DNA of 64,000 nt from the NCBI GenBank assembly GCA_930991035.1, contig CAKNRV010000001.1:124719-188718 (forward strand). Reading direction: 5' to 3'. The position numbers and the translations under genes are program-made. Shown one piece after another: positions 39,585 through 51,039 of this stretch. Every line of letters begins with the position of its first letter. Position 1 is the stretch's first letter. The DNA comes from an uncultured Clostridium sp. Its GTDB lineage: Bacteria; Bacillota; Clostridia; TANB77; CAG-508. Below the pieces are notes generated by a model. It worked only from the letters and a program-made list of their open reading frames with translations. It was not told the DNA's origin and ran no database searches.

Positions 39585-41125
39585 TTTCTCCTCCTTGCAT
39601 TTATTTTTCTAAAAATTTGTTTTATTATATCAAAAAAATATATAAAATTATCTGATTTTCTATAAATAATAAATAAAATTATGTTTGGAACCAAAATACA
39701 GATTAGTAAGTTTACAATGATTTGCAGCATTATATTTTCTAAATTTATAGCTTGAACTATTAATGTAGTAATGATTAATAGCAACAACATTATAACCAAA
39801 TATTTTAAATTATTCAATATATATATACTTTTCTTTTGTTTTAACAATTTACTGTAAATATACTTAGGATAACTATAACAGTGTAAAACCAGTGAGCTAA
39901 GAATAGTTCCAATAAATACACCCGGTAAGCCTATAAGTTTTACCAGTATAATTGAAGCAACTATATTTACAACAGCTTCTGCTATTGGTACATATCTATT
40001 TTCATAACAAATTCCAGCTGCATCAGCAAACAATTGCATATTTCTTCTCATTCCTTGAAAATAGAAATTCATTGATAGCACAAAAACTGTTAAAGTATCA
40101 AATAAATAATCTTTTCCTAACCACACACTGATAAAAGGATTTATTATTTCAAAAATACATATTGTAGCAAATGTATATATCCAGAAGTTAGCAAACATAC
40201 ATTTTCGAGAAAATTCATATGCTAGCTCAGTATTTTTTTCTACTAATAAGTTTCCTAAACTTGCTGTTATACTAGTAAAAAATTGTGCCAGTAAGTTATT
40301 TACTGTATTTATTATAAGATAATAGTTAGAATATAAACCAACTGTTGCTATTCCTATAAATTTTGAGATTATTATATTGTCTGTTCCTAATACTAAAAAC
40401 CCACCTACATTATGAAAAATTGATGCTTTTAATCTTCTACTAATATCTATTTTAGTCTCTGCATCCAATTTTTCATTGATTTTTCCTTTTAGGTATTCAT
40501 ATTTTTTATTTACAATGCAAGTTATAATAATATTTTCTATAATCCTACAAACTATTTTTATCATTAAATATAAATAATAGTTATGTGTCGTTATTAAGAT
40601 TATAATTTGTAATATATTCATTACTAATACATATCCAATATGTACTAAATTTATAATATAATTTTTTTGATTTGCATAAAGCATTGACCTCTTATACGTT
40701 AGCAAATATGAGCATACTGTATCAACTAAAAATAGCGCAAATATAATATAAATATTGGATTCTACCAATGCTACATCATTAGCACTTACGATTGTTGTTA
40801 AAAAAGGCATTATTGCCAATCCTAGTAGCAAAATTATTAATGCAATTATCCTATAACTTTTTTTATAAAAATTCATTAAAATAGATATTTTTTTCCTATT
40901 ATCTTCTGCAATTGGTTTATATAGATTATATATAATTGCGGTTCCGAGACCTAAGTCGGCAATCGAAAGCATAGAAATTATATTACTAAATAAGCCATTT
41001 ATTCCTAAGTATATTTGTCCTAATATTTCAACAAATATTTTTTGTGAAATAAAACCGACTAAGATATTTATTACATTTAGTAATATTGCAACAATTATAT
41101 TGCGTATTGCATTTTGTTTTCTCAT
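39569..41125 (-). CDS. Wzx-type polysaccharide flippase (MOP superfamily)
   Basis: 518 aa with about 14 TM segments, located in a glycan locus alongside a Wzy-like gene. Confidence 0.7.
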   Translation of the reverse strand: MRKQNAIRNIIVAILLNVINILVGFISQKIFVEILGQIYLGINGLFSNIISMLSIADLGLGTAIIYNLYKPIAEDNRKKISILMNFYKKSYRIIALIILLLGLAIMPFLTTIVSANDVALVESNIYIIFALFLVDTVCSYLLTYKRSMLYANQKNYIINLVHIGYVLVMNILQIIILITTHNYYLYLMIKIVCRIIENIIITCIVNKKYEYLKGKINEKLDAETKIDISRRLKASIFHNVGGFLVLGTDNIIISKFIGIATVGLYSNYYLIINTVNNLLAQFFTSITASLGNLLVEKNTELAYEFSRKCMFANFWIYTFATICIFEIINPFISVWLGKDYLFDTLTVFVLSMNFYFQGMRRNMQLFADAAGICYENRYVPIAEAVVNIVASIILVKLIGLPGVFIGTILSSLVLHCYSYPKYIYSKLLKQKKSIYILNNLKYLVIMLLLLIITTLIVQAINLENIMLQIIVNLLICILVPNIILFIIYRKSDNFIYFFDIIKQIFRKINARRRKCYKN

Positions 41126-41133
41126 TTTTCTCC

Positions 41134-42312
41134 CTACTCTATATTTAAAATATTAATAAAATTTTTGTAATATTGATCTTTATGGTAATTTTTGTTTTCA
41201 ATAAATTCAATTCTTGCTTTTTCTCCGAATCCTTTCCTTAGACTTTCATTCTCTACTAATTTTTTTATTGATTTAGACATATTCTCTACTAACTTATGGT
41301 CTTTATTTATAATAAATCCAAAATTTTCTTTTACTATTTCTGGTAAGGCACCAGACTTTGTTACAACTAATGGTTTGCCCATTGCCATTCCTTCTATTGC
41401 TACACAACCAAAAGCTTCCTCAATAATCGTTGGTATTACCAATATATCCATTGTATTATAAATACTAGGCATATTTTCATACTGAATGTATCCCGTAAAA
41501 ATAACTTTATCTTTAATTGTCTCCATTTCTTGTTCAATTTTTTTAATATAATTGTCTCTTTTTAATTCGGAATACCATTGTGTACCTACTATTAATAGTT
41601 TAATGCTCTTTTTTGTATTAATTGACTTTATTGCTTTTACTAATTCTAAAATTCCTTTTTCTTCTGTTATTCTACCACTATATCCTATTACTATGTCATC
41701 TTTATTTATATTGTATCTGTCTCTAAATGTAGATGCGCATTCAGGAATATATAATTTATCATCAATCGCATTATACAGTACATCTATCTTATTTGTTTTT
41801 ATAACATTATTGCATCTATTTTTTATATAGTTACTTACAGTAATAATTCTCGAAGCAGAATTTACTATTCCAATATAGTTTTCCGATGTTTTGTCAGACT
41901 CATTAAAATCATTATGCATATGATAAATCATTTCTGTATTCGTTTTATCTTTAATTAGATTATAAATAAACATATTGTTTTCAACAACAATTTTATCATA
42001 TTTTTGCTTTAATAACAGTTTAGCTGCCTTTTGATATAAAATATTATAAACTGGCCTTTTACCAATTATTCTATTAAGCAAATTTCTTACTTTTTGGTAT
42101 AACCTTTCTATAAAATTTACTCTTATTGGTATGATTTTTGTGTTTTTATATTGATTTTCATTAATACGTTCATCATACATCGTATATACATCAAATTTTA
42201 TATTAGATTTTTTTTCATTTTCATCCAATAAGTTAGTCGTTAACATTTCTACGGCTCCTCCTGCTACTGCCGGAGTCGGTAAGTTCATTGTAGATAAAAT
42301 TGCAATTTCCAT
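41134..42312 (-). CDS. Family 4 (GT-B) glycosyltransferase
   Basis: The C-terminal EEAFGCVAIEGMAMGKPLV motif matches the GT4 E-x7-E region. Confidence 0.75.
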   Translation of the reverse strand: MEIAILSTMNLPTPAVAGGAVEMLTTNLLDENEKKSNIKFDVYTMYDERINENQYKNTKIIPIRVNFIERLYQKVRNLLNRIIGKRPVYNILYQKAAKLLLKQKYDKIVVENNMFIYNLIKDKTNTEMIYHMHNDFNESDKTSENYIGIVNSASRIITVSNYIKNRCNNVIKTNKIDVLYNAIDDKLYIPECASTFRDRYNINKDDIVIGYSGRITEEKGILELVKAIKSINTKKSIKLLIVGTQWYSELKRDNYIKKIEQEMETIKDKVIFTGYIQYENMPSIYNTMDILVIPTIIEEAFGCVAIEGMAMGKPLVVTKSGALPEIVKENFGFIINKDHKLVENMSKSIKKLVENESLRKGFGEKARIEFIENKNYHKDQYYKNFINILNIE

Positions 42313-42382
42313 TTTTACATTTTAATTCCCTTCTAATTAATTTCTTCAGTTTTTTTGAAATCATTTCATAATATAATGAACT

Positions 42383-43456
42383 TTAATATTTTCCTAACAA
42401 GTGTTTAATTTTACCTTTTAAATTTTCAAATTTTAGTTCTCTATTATAATTCTTTATGATTTTTACAAAATCTTCTTTCTTCCATAATTTAATGTAGTAA
42501 TCTCCTTTTTTTGCATAATTTGAATTTTTTAAACAATTAAAATCCACATTCAAACATATCTCATTCCAATATTTTTTTATGTCACCATAAATTTCAAATA
42601 ATTTATCTTTACCATCAGCTTTGTATATATTAAATAAATTTCTCTCAATAAAATATAACGTCATTGTATTATTGATTATTTGAAGTTCTATATCGTTATT
42701 ATAAAATTCTTTTATAATGTTATTAATTTTATTATGTAACGTTATGTCTTGTTTTAAATAATACTCAAAAGTGTGTTTATGCATTATACCATTTTCATTA
42801 ATATAATAGTGATATAAGTTTTTTGAATAGAAAAATATAGTTTTTACATTACTTAAGATTTTTATAAGGAATATCTTATCCTCTTGATGATAATCTTCAA
42901 ATAAAAAATTAGTTGTTATTATATTCTTTCTAATCAGCATAGTACATATATATGAAACTATATTACCATATATTATGTCTTTTGTAATATTATTTTCGTC
43001 TTGATTTATTTTTATCAATTTGTTTTTGTACTTACTGTATAGTTTTGCTTCTACAGATTTATTTTCATTATAATCATAAGAATAATTCATTTTTACTATA
43101 TCGCAATTATACTTACATTGTAATTCTACTAATTTTTCTATTGCATCATTTTCTAACCAATCATCAGAATCTATAAAATATATAAACTCACAAGTAGATT
43201 TGTTTATAATATAATTACGAGTTTTTGAAACCCCTTCATTATTTTTTGAAAATATTTTAATTTTTTTATTTCCAGTATAATTTTTATTTAAAGTATTAGC
43301 AATACTCATACTATCATCTGTAGAACCATCATTAACTATAATAATTTCAATATTTTGATAGGTTTGATTTATTATTGAATTTATACATCGTTCTATATAT
43401 TTCTCTGAATTATACATTGGCACTCCGACTGTAATCCAATACGGTTCATTTTTCAT
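42383..43456 (-). CDS. Family 2 glycosyltransferase
   Basis: ITVGVPMYNSEKYI...IIIVNDGSTDDS...DSDDW are GT2 motifs. Confidence 0.75.
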   Translation of the reverse strand: MKNEPYWITVGVPMYNSEKYIERCINSIINQTYQNIEIIIVNDGSTDDSMSIANTLNKNYTGNKKIKIFSKNNEGVSKTRNYIINKSTCEFIYFIDSDDWLENDAIEKLVELQCKYNCDIVKMNYSYDYNENKSVEAKLYSKYKNKLIKINQDENNITKDIIYGNIVSYICTMLIRKNIITTNFLFEDYHQEDKIFLIKILSNVKTIFFYSKNLYHYYINENGIMHKHTFEYYLKQDITLHNKINNIIKEFYNNDIELQIINNTMTLYFIERNLFNIYKADGKDKLFEIYGDIKKYWNEICLNVDFNCLKNSNYAKKGDYYIKLWKKEDFVKIIKNYNRELKFENLKGKIKHLLGKY

Positions 43457-43491
43457 AACTTTCTATTCCTTCTTCCTTCACATTATTTTCT

Positions 43492-44373
43492 CTATTTTTT
43501 TATTAAGTTTACTATTTTTCTTAGTAAAATTCCAATCTGTATATACATTTTTTTTACATTTAAATCTTGTGCTGCTTTATTTATATTTTTATTATCATAT
43601 ATAGCACGGCTATAAAATTCATATTGTAAGCATTTTCTTAAGAAGTTTAAATTAAAATCATTTATATATTCTCTAATATATAAACACAATCCACTAGGAC
43701 TATTTTTGTATATACTACTTCCTTTTTTAGTTAAGCCATCATCCCTATATTGGCAAATATAAATTATATCTTGAAACCATCTTAATTTATAACCCTGTCT
43801 AGCAATTCTATTCCATACCAAAGCCTCTGTTACAAAGTTTTCACCTTTAAACTCAGGAAACTTATTTTTTCTTAAAATCTCTGTATAGAAGATTTCAGCT
43901 TTATCTCCATTAATATTAAATTTTTTCCTTTCAATTGAAGTAGCATCTAAATAATTTCCATTGAAAGTTGTTCCTATCATTTTAGTACTACTATACCCTC
44001 TAGCCATAGCAATACCAGCATATTTTTCTTTATTATTACTAATAGTTTGTTCTGCTTTGATTACTTTCTCAATTGCATCTTCTGTAAGATAATCATCCGA
44101 ATCTACTATAAAGAAAAGATAACCCTGGGCTAAATCTACAGCTTTATTGATAGCTCTATGTTTTCCACCATTTTCTGTTTTAAAATATCTAATATTAAAT
44201 TTATTATCTTCACATATCCATTTTTTCACTATTTCCTCGGTATTATCTGTCGATCCATCATCTATTACAATCCATTCAAAATCTGTATTTGTTTGTTTTC
44301 TTAAACTTTCATAACATTTGTTTAATATATAACCTCTATTATAAGTAGGTGTAAATACTGTAACTTTACTCAT
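43492..44373 (-). CDS. Family 2 glycosyltransferase
   Basis: VTVFTPTYNRGY...WIVIDDGSTDNT...VDSDDY are GT2 motifs. Confidence 0.75.
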   Translation of the reverse strand: MSKVTVFTPTYNRGYILNKCYESLRKQTNTDFEWIVIDDGSTDNTEEIVKKWICEDNKFNIRYFKTENGGKHRAINKAVDLAQGYLFFIVDSDDYLTEDAIEKVIKAEQTISNNKEKYAGIAMARGYSSTKMIGTTFNGNYLDATSIERKKFNINGDKAEIFYTEILRKNKFPEFKGENFVTEALVWNRIARQGYKLRWFQDIIYICQYRDDGLTKKGSSIYKNSPSGLCLYIREYINDFNLNFLRKCLQYEFYSRAIYDNKNINKAAQDLNVKKMYIQIGILLRKIVNLIKK

Positions 44374-44416
44374 TTGTCTTTCCTTTCCTTTTATAAAATA
44401 GCAAAATAATTAATTC

Positions 44417-45547
44417 TTATTTTAACACAATATTCATATCTGCAAATATTGGAATTTGTATCCTTATTCCACCAATTATAAGTACTGTTAATATAGTTAT
44501 TAAAACTATGTACTCTTTATTTTTTTTATCCTTATAACTTGTAAGTAGATTCGCTATTATTGGTAATTCTAAAAATAATATAAAGTCAAGATATCTTATC
44601 CAAATATCATAATAAATAAATGCTATTAAACAAATTATAGTTAGGATTTGTAAAAATTTATAATATTTTTGCATATCTTCTGTATATACATTATCATATA
44701 TCTTATTTTTCCATACTAAGAATAGAATACCTGCAAATAAAAACAACTGTAAACTTCTAAATATAGATTGCAATGATATAATTGGTTTTATGTTAATATA
44801 GCTGATGATTTTTTCTTTTATAAAAGCTAAAAATTCTATTTTGTCACTAAATAATATTAAAAGTAGTATCGATATTACAATTATTGTTATTATTGTAAAA
44901 ATTAATCTTATTGTTTTCATTTTTAATATTTTATTAATATTAAGCAAGATCCTAACAAAGATAATAGCTATAACTCCATTATGTATTCCTAATGCAATTA
45001 CATATAATAATTTTATATACCATTTTTTATTACTTTTTATAAACTCTTCATATAAGGCTAATGTACATAATATCATCGCAAACGTTGATCTTATGCCACT
45101 AACTAAAAATATATATTTAAATAATGAAATAAATAGTAATATTAAAAATATTGTCATCTTGTTACTATATTTATTAATTTGACAATAATCTATTATAATA
45201 TAAAACATTATAAAGTAACTTATTAAAGTTGGAAAAAAAGGTAATAATGAATAGTTATCTATTAAAGAAATTATATAAAAATAAACCATTGTAATAGGTT
45301 CTCCTCTTTCAAAAAACAAATAGTTTATTAATATATCACCTTTAAATACTTGCATATTATTCATCCAAGTATAATATCTACTTAAATCATATTCTTCACT
45401 AGGCACCCAATAATATGCTAAAACTGCTAATGCAAATGAAAAATCAAAAGCCAAAATTAAACACATTATTTTTTTATAATTCTTTTTATAGCAAATAATC
45501 GCTGGCGCTATACTCAAAAGCAAAACGGCAATCAAAACATATATCAT
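44417..45547 (-). CDS. Wzy/EpsG-like polysaccharide polymerase
   Basis: 376 aa, about 11 TM segments, no soluble domains. It sits among GT genes together with a Wzx. Confidence 0.55.
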   Translation of the reverse strand: MIYVLIAVLLLSIAPAIICYKKNYKKIMCLILAFDFSFALAVLAYYWVPSEEYDLSRYYTWMNNMQVFKGDILINYLFFERGEPITMVYFYIISLIDNYSLLPFFPTLISYFIMFYIIIDYCQINKYSNKMTIFLILLFISLFKYIFLVSGIRSTFAMILCTLALYEEFIKSNKKWYIKLLYVIALGIHNGVIAIIFVRILLNINKILKMKTIRLIFTIITIIVISILLLILFSDKIEFLAFIKEKIISYINIKPIISLQSIFRSLQLFLFAGILFLVWKNKIYDNVYTEDMQKYYKFLQILTIICLIAFIYYDIWIRYLDFILFLELPIIANLLTSYKDKKNKEYIVLITILTVLIIGGIRIQIPIFADMNIVLK

Positions 45548-45563
45548 TTTCTAGCTCCTTTTA

Positions 45564-46679
45564 TTAGTTATATAGTTTCTCTAATTCTTTAATTACACTC
45601 TGTATGTCAAATTTCAAGTCTTTAATTTTATTTATTATTGTTTGCTTATCCAGTCTCTCTATTTTGCCCATTTTTAGTATTTGGTTTATCCAATCTTCTA
45701 TGTTATCTAAGCTCAAAAATTTTACAATTCCTAATTGTAAATCACTTTCTTTTGAAATATTATTTGATAATATACAATTAACTCCTGAAGCTTGTGCTTC
45801 AATTACTGTAAGGGGTAACCCTTCATATAGTGATGGCATTACGAACACGTCCATAAAACTCATATAATCATAAACATTCGTTACATTTCCAGTCATTATT
45901 ATATTATTTTGAAGGTTATTTTGATTAATTATTTTTTTTATCTCTCCAAAATTTTCTCCATCCCCTAAAAGGAAAAGCCTAAAATCAATTTTCATATTAC
46001 TTAATTTTTTAGCAATTTCAATTAAAAATTTATGATTTTTAATTGGTATAAATCTTCCAACATGTCCTAATATAATTTGTTTAGTATTGGATAAAATTCC
46101 ATATCTTTTTTTTATTTCATTTACTTTTTCTGTATCGACATTATCAAGTTTATTTAAATCTACCGGATTATGTAATATAATACCATTTTTTTCAAATTTT
46201 TTTCCAAACAAACTTATTCCTGCTTCTTTTGAACAAGCCACCAATTTATTAGCATATTTCAATATTAATCTTTGTAGAAATAATTTCTTAATTTTATAAC
46301 TTATTGTAAGTTTAACAGTATTCATATTACTGTGTGAATGTGCTATTCTATTTTTTATTTCTGCTTTTTTTGCAGCATACATTACAATTCCACTATGTAA
46401 ATATGTATGTGAGTGTACAACATCATAATTGTTTGTTCTAAATAGCTTTATTAAACTTTTTGTATAAGCAAAAATATTGCCCTTTTTTTCTTTTACTTTT
46501 ATAATTTTTCCACCTAATTTAATTATTTCATCATCATACCAGCATTTTTCATTTACAGTTTCTATGAAATGTATTTCATATTTTTCTCTGTCTATGTTTC
46601 TAAAGACATTCATAAGCATTGTCTCAGTTCCACCGCAATTCATACTTCCAACAAATTCAGCAATCTTTATTTTTTTCAT
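45564..46679 (-). CDS. Family 4 glycosyltransferase
   Basis: N-terminal GSMNCGGTE and C-terminal PSLYEGLPLTVIEAQASG are GT4 motifs. Confidence 0.75.
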   Translation of the reverse strand: MKKIKIAEFVGSMNCGGTETMLMNVFRNIDREKYEIHFIETVNEKCWYDDEIIKLGGKIIKVKEKKGNIFAYTKSLIKLFRTNNYDVVHSHTYLHSGIVMYAAKKAEIKNRIAHSHSNMNTVKLTISYKIKKLFLQRLILKYANKLVACSKEAGISLFGKKFEKNGIILHNPVDLNKLDNVDTEKVNEIKKRYGILSNTKQIILGHVGRFIPIKNHKFLIEIAKKLSNMKIDFRLFLLGDGENFGEIKKIINQNNLQNNIIMTGNVTNVYDYMSFMDVFVMPSLYEGLPLTVIEAQASGVNCILSNNISKESDLQLGIVKFLSLDNIEDWINQILKMGKIERLDKQTIINKIKDLKFDIQSVIKELEKLYN

Positions 46680-46691
46680 ATCAATTCTCCG

Positions 46692-47501
46692 TTAGTTAAT
46701 TTTTAGTCTATTTTTATGTAGAATATCATATATTTTCATTGGCAATAATCCAATAATCAATGGTCTTAATATATATATATAATATTTGATTGGTACATTC
46801 AACATTCTAAAGCCGATAAATTTAACTCTCGCTTCATTAATTCGATTTTTATAATTTCTTCTTTTATATGCATCTCTATCGTCCCTAGCTTTATATAAAG
46901 TTTCTTGTATATTATATCCTATATAACCTTTTGAATAAATTTTAAACCATAAATGATAGTCTTCTACTCTTAGTAATTTTCTATTTACTGTATATCCTTC
47001 TACTTCATCAAATATTTCTTTTTTTATTAAACACGGAGCGTGGCAAAATGGACTTCCTTTAATAAAATCTAATTTATTTGGAATTTCTTTATTGTTAGTT
47101 TTACCCCAGTCCCCATTTTCATCAAAGAGAATCATATTAGAGCTGACAAAAGCAAATTCTTTATGTTTTGTTATAAAAGCAATTTCTTTTTCAAATCTAG
47201 AAGAAATTGATACGTCGTCTCCATCTTGTCTTGCAATGTATTTACCAGTAGCTTCTTTTAAGCATTTATTTAATGTATAATTTAAACCTTTATTGCTTTC
47301 GTTTTTTAAAAGAATAATCTTATTAGGATATTTTTCTTCAAATTTTTTAGCAATATTATATGTTGAATCTGTTGAACCATCATCGCACATAATTAGTTCC
47401 CAATTTTGATATGTCTGCTTTAATATGGAATTTATACTATCTTCTAAATATCTGTCGCAATTATAAATACCCATTATAATTGAAATCTTTTCATTTTCCA
47501 T
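46692..47501 (-). CDS. Family 2 glycosyltransferase
   Basis: ISIIMGIYNCDRYL...LIMCDDGSTD...QDGDDVS are GT2 motifs. Confidence 0.75.
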   Translation of the reverse strand: MENEKISIIMGIYNCDRYLEDSINSILKQTYQNWELIMCDDGSTDSTYNIAKKFEEKYPNKIILLKNESNKGLNYTLNKCLKEATGKYIARQDGDDVSISSRFEKEIAFITKHKEFAFVSSNMILFDENGDWGKTNNKEIPNKLDFIKGSPFCHAPCLIKKEIFDEVEGYTVNRKLLRVEDYHLWFKIYSKGYIGYNIQETLYKARDDRDAYKRRNYKNRINEARVKFIGFRMLNVPIKYYIYILRPLIIGLLPMKIYDILHKNRLKIN

Positions 47502-47510
47502 ATTGATTAT

Positions 47511-48617
47511 CTATCCTTTCGTATAAATATTTACCATTTCCTTCATTACATTTTCAAGACTAAATTTTTCTATTTCTGTATGATTTTTGTTGATATTATA
47601 TATTTCTTCATAATTTTCTTTTGCTTGTATTATTTTTTCTGTAAGCTGTTCCACATTTTCTACAACAAATCCATTTTTTTCATTTTGGATTATATCTCGA
47701 TTACCTCTACAATTAGTCACAATCACTGGCAAACCTGACATTAGTCCCTCCATCACATTGACTGGCAATCCTTCCTGTCTTGATGTTGATACCAATAAAT
47801 TGGATATTTTTAATAACTCTGGTATATCATTTCTATATCCTAGAAAAAAGACATTGTTTTCCAATTTATTTTTCTTAACAATTCTTTGTAACTTTCCATT
47901 TAATGAATCTTTACCTACTAATAATAATTTTATAGTTTTATCTTTTTTAATAAGTCGTTTCATTGCATTTAATAACATTTCTTGATTTTTTCTTTTACTA
48001 AGTTCAGCTACATATATCATAACAAAATCATTAGTTTTCAAGCCAATACTTTGCCTTAACTTATATTTTTCGCTTTCTGACATTTCAAAGTCAAATTTAT
48101 TAATATCTACTCCTACTCCATGAACTAATTCTATATCTTTAGTTTTAAATTTTTTCTTAGCAATATTGAAATCTTCTTCATTAATGGTAATTAAAGTATC
48201 CGTGTATTTTGATAACCATTTTTCAATTGGATAAAATATTAACCAATTAAAGAGTGGCGCTCCTTTATAAAAATGGAAGCCATGTGCTGTATAAATGACT
48301 TTAGTATTATATCTTTCTCTAGCTTTTTTAGCAGCCAGTCTAGTTACTACACCTCCCATTGGAGTGTGGCAATGTATTATTTCAAATTTTTCTTCTTCTA
48401 TAATCTTTTTTAACTGTTCTATGGCTTTTAAATTATTTATTTTGATTGGGCTTCTTTCAAAATTTATTTTATGCTTTTTATCACAGTATGGTATTTTATC
48501 GTTTCCATTTGTTGCCACATGCACCTCATAACCTTGCTCTTTAAAATATTTTAGGTATGGCAAATGAAATTGTAGAATATGAATATCCACAGTCGCAGTA
48601 AATAATACTTTTTTCAA
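47511..48617 (-). CDS. Family 4 glycosyltransferase
   Basis: STSRQEGLPVNVMEGLMSGLPV is the GT4 motif. Confidence 0.75.
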   Translation of the reverse strand: MKKVLFTATVDIHILQFHLPYLKYFKEQGYEVHVATNGNDKIPYCDKKHKINFERSPIKINNLKAIEQLKKIIEEEKFEIIHCHTPMGGVVTRLAAKKARERYNTKVIYTAHGFHFYKGAPLFNWLIFYPIEKWLSKYTDTLITINEEDFNIAKKKFKTKDIELVHGVGVDINKFDFEMSESEKYKLRQSIGLKTNDFVMIYVAELSKRKNQEMLLNAMKRLIKKDKTIKLLLVGKDSLNGKLQRIVKKNKLENNVFFLGYRNDIPELLKISNLLVSTSRQEGLPVNVMEGLMSGLPVIVTNCRGNRDIIQNEKNGFVVENVEQLTEKIIQAKENYEEIYNINKNHTEIEKFSLENVMKEMVNIYTKG

Positions 48618-48628
48618 AAACGTTCCTC

Positions 48629-49639
48629 CTATAATTTATTAATTTTTTCAATATATTTCCAAGAATCTCTACACATATCCTCTAGACTTTTTGTTGCTTT
48701 CCAGCCTAATTCTTTTTCTGCTTTTGTCGGATCCGAATAGCAAACATCTATATCTCCTTCTCTTCTAGGTGCTATCTTATATGGTACTTTTTTTCCTGTT
48801 ACTTTTTCAAAAGCTTCTATCATTTCTAAAACGCTGTAACCTTTTCCAGTTCCAAGATTATAAATAAATAATCCACTGCCTTCTTTTTCCAGTTTTTTTA
48901 ATGCATTAATATGTCCTTTAGCTAAATCAACAACATGAATATAATCTCTTACTCCTGTTCCGTCTTTTGTTGAATAATCATTACCAAACACAGATAACTC
49001 TGGTAACTGTCCAGCTGCAACCCTTACAATATAAGGCATCAAATTGTTTGGAATACCATTGGGTTCTTCCCCTAGTTTTCCACTTCCATGAGAGCCAACT
49101 GGATTAAAGTATCTCAATATGCAAATATCCCACGTTTTATCTGAAGAATATAAATCCTCCAAAATTTGTTCAACAAATAACTTTGAAGTCCCATATGGAT
49201 TAGTTGTTCCCCCAACCTTACAGTCTTCGGTTATTGGTATCTTTTCTGGTTTTCCATATACTGTAGCTGACGAACTAAAAATAAATTTTTTACAATTGAA
49301 TCTCTGCATAGTTTGCAGTAATATAATTGCCCCTGAAACATTATTATAATAATATTTTAAAGGCTCCTTAACAGACTCTCCAACTGCCTTAAATCCTGCG
49401 AAATTCATAACAGCATCAATATCGTTCTCTTGAAAAATTTCTTCTAATTTTTCTTTATTTGTATAGTCTGCTTGATAAAATTTAAATTTTTTTCCTGTTA
49501 TTTCTTTTATTTTTTCTAGTGCTTTTGGTCGACTGTTTGAAAAGTCATCTAAAACTACTACTTCTTTTCCTAAATTTAATAATTCTACAACTGTATGACT
49601 TCCTATATATCCAGCTCCTCCTGTTACTAAGATAGACAT
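48629..49639 (-). CDS. galE: UDP-glucose/UDP-GlcNAc 4-epimerase
   Basis: ILVTGGAGYIGSH, SSSATVYG, YGTSKLF and RYFNPVG are GalE/SDR motifs. Confidence 0.9.
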   Translation of the reverse strand: MSILVTGGAGYIGSHTVVELLNLGKEVVVLDDFSNSRPKALEKIKEITGKKFKFYQADYTNKEKLEEIFQENDIDAVMNFAGFKAVGESVKEPLKYYYNNVSGAIILLQTMQRFNCKKFIFSSSATVYGKPEKIPITEDCKVGGTTNPYGTSKLFVEQILEDLYSSDKTWDICILRYFNPVGSHGSGKLGEEPNGIPNNLMPYIVRVAAGQLPELSVFGNDYSTKDGTGVRDYIHVVDLAKGHINALKKLEKEGSGLFIYNLGTGKGYSVLEMIEAFEKVTGKKVPYKIAPRREGDIDVCYSDPTKAEKELGWKATKSLEDMCRDSWKYIEKINKL

Positions 49640-49691
49640 ATTCTTTATTCCTTTCTTTATATATATTTTTTATACTTTCATAAATATTTAT

Positions 49692-50336
49692 CTATATTTC
49701 TTTATTCTTGGCTGGCACTCCTACATAAGTTCCAGGCTCTTTTATATCTTTTACCACAACTGCTCCTGCTCCTATTACAACATCAGTTCCAATTTTTATA
49801 TTGTTTCGTACTGTTGCACTGGCACCAATGTGTGTATAACTTCCTATTTCAACAGTTCCAGCTAATGTAGCATTTGGTGATATATGTGTAAAATCACCAA
49901 TTTTATTGTCGTGCTCAATTATTGCTCCAGTGTTTATAATACAATGTTTACCTATCTTTGTATTTGGGTTAATAGCAGCATTTGCCATTACAACTGTTCC
50001 GTCCTGTATTGACACATCAATTGCAATAGTTGCATTTGGATGTACTGCAGTATAATATAATAAATTATATTTTTTTGAGATTTCACTTCTTTTTTTATTA
50101 TCACCTATTGCTATAACAAATTTTATTTCTGGATCTGCTTTTTGTATTTTTACACAGTCACAAATTTTTCCTATAACTTTATAATTTGATATTATCATTG
50201 TATCTTTTGCTTTATTATCGTCTAAAAATCCAAGTAGAATATCGTTGTTATTTACTACTATATCAGCAATAACTTTTGCGTGACCTCCAGCCCCTATAAT
50301 TACCACTTTATTATTCACTGCTATTCCTCTTTTCAT
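49692..50336 (-). CDS. NeuD/PglD-family hexapeptide N-acetyltransferase
   Basis: N-terminal [10 protein letters not shown] Rossmann-like region followed by left-handed beta-helix repeats. Confidence 0.75.
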   Translation of the reverse strand: MKRGIAVNNKVVIIGAGGHAKVIADIVVNNNDILLGFLDDNKAKDTMIISNYKVIGKICDCVKIQKADPEIKFVIAIGDNKKRSEISKKYNLLYYTAVHPNATIAIDVSIQDGTVVMANAAINPNTKIGKHCIINTGAIIEHDNKIGDFTHISPNATLAGTVEIGSYTHIGASATVRNNIKIGTDVVIGAGAVVVKDIKEPGTYVGVPAKNKEI

Positions 50337-50946
50337 TTAATTCTTTATTTCCCTTAAAGTACTCCATAGTAGCATTTCCTTCTTGAGATATTCCTTCTCG
50401 TTTTAACACTTTACCAACTGTTTTTAAAATTATTTTTATATCTTCCCACAAACTAATATGGTCTACATAATAAACATCGTCTTTAAATTTTTCCTCCCAA
50501 GATAAATTATTTCTGCCACTTACTTGTGCTAGCCCTGTCAGTCCTGGTCTTACATTATGCCTTCTTTTTTGTTCTTCATTATATAACGGTAAATATTCAA
50601 CTAAAAGCGGTCTAGGTCCTACTATGCTCATATCGCCTTTTAGTATGTTGACTAATTCTGGAAGTTCGTCTAAACTTGTACTTCTTAAAACGTTTCCAAA
50701 CTTCGTTAACCTTTTTTCATCTGGTAACAAATTTCCATCTTTATCTTTTTCGTCAGTCATTGTTCTAAATTTATATAAGGTAAATATTTTTTCATTCTTA
50801 CCAGGTCTTTCCTGTTTAAAAATCGCAGGCTTTCCTAATTTTATTCTAACTAGTATATATATAATTAATAGTATTGGGCTTAATATAATCAATGCCATTA
50901 AGCTTAATATAAAGTCTAAAAATCTTTTAATAAATTTTCTATACAT
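50311..50946 (-). CDS. Small monotopic phosphoglycosyl transferase (PglC/WbaP-C type bacterial sugar transferase)
   Basis: [19 protein letters not shown]...[11 protein letters not shown]...FTLYKFRTM...[21 protein letters not shown] are canonical motifs. Confidence 0.85.
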   Translation of the reverse strand: MYRKFIKRFLDFILSLMALIILSPILLIIYILVRIKLGKPAIFKQERPGKNEKIFTLYKFRTMTDEKDKDGNLLPDEKRLTKFGNVLRSTSLDELPELVNILKGDMSIVGPRPLLVEYLPLYNEEQKRRHNVRPGLTGLAQVSGRNNLSWEEKFKDDVYYVDHISLWEDIKIILKTVGKVLKREGISQEGNATMEYFKGNKELNEKRNSSE

Positions 50947-51039
50947 TATGTTCTCCTACTATTTTTTGATAATATTCTTATATATTAATTTTGTTATTTC
51001 TTTATTTTTTTATACGTTTTATATAGAAAATAAATATAT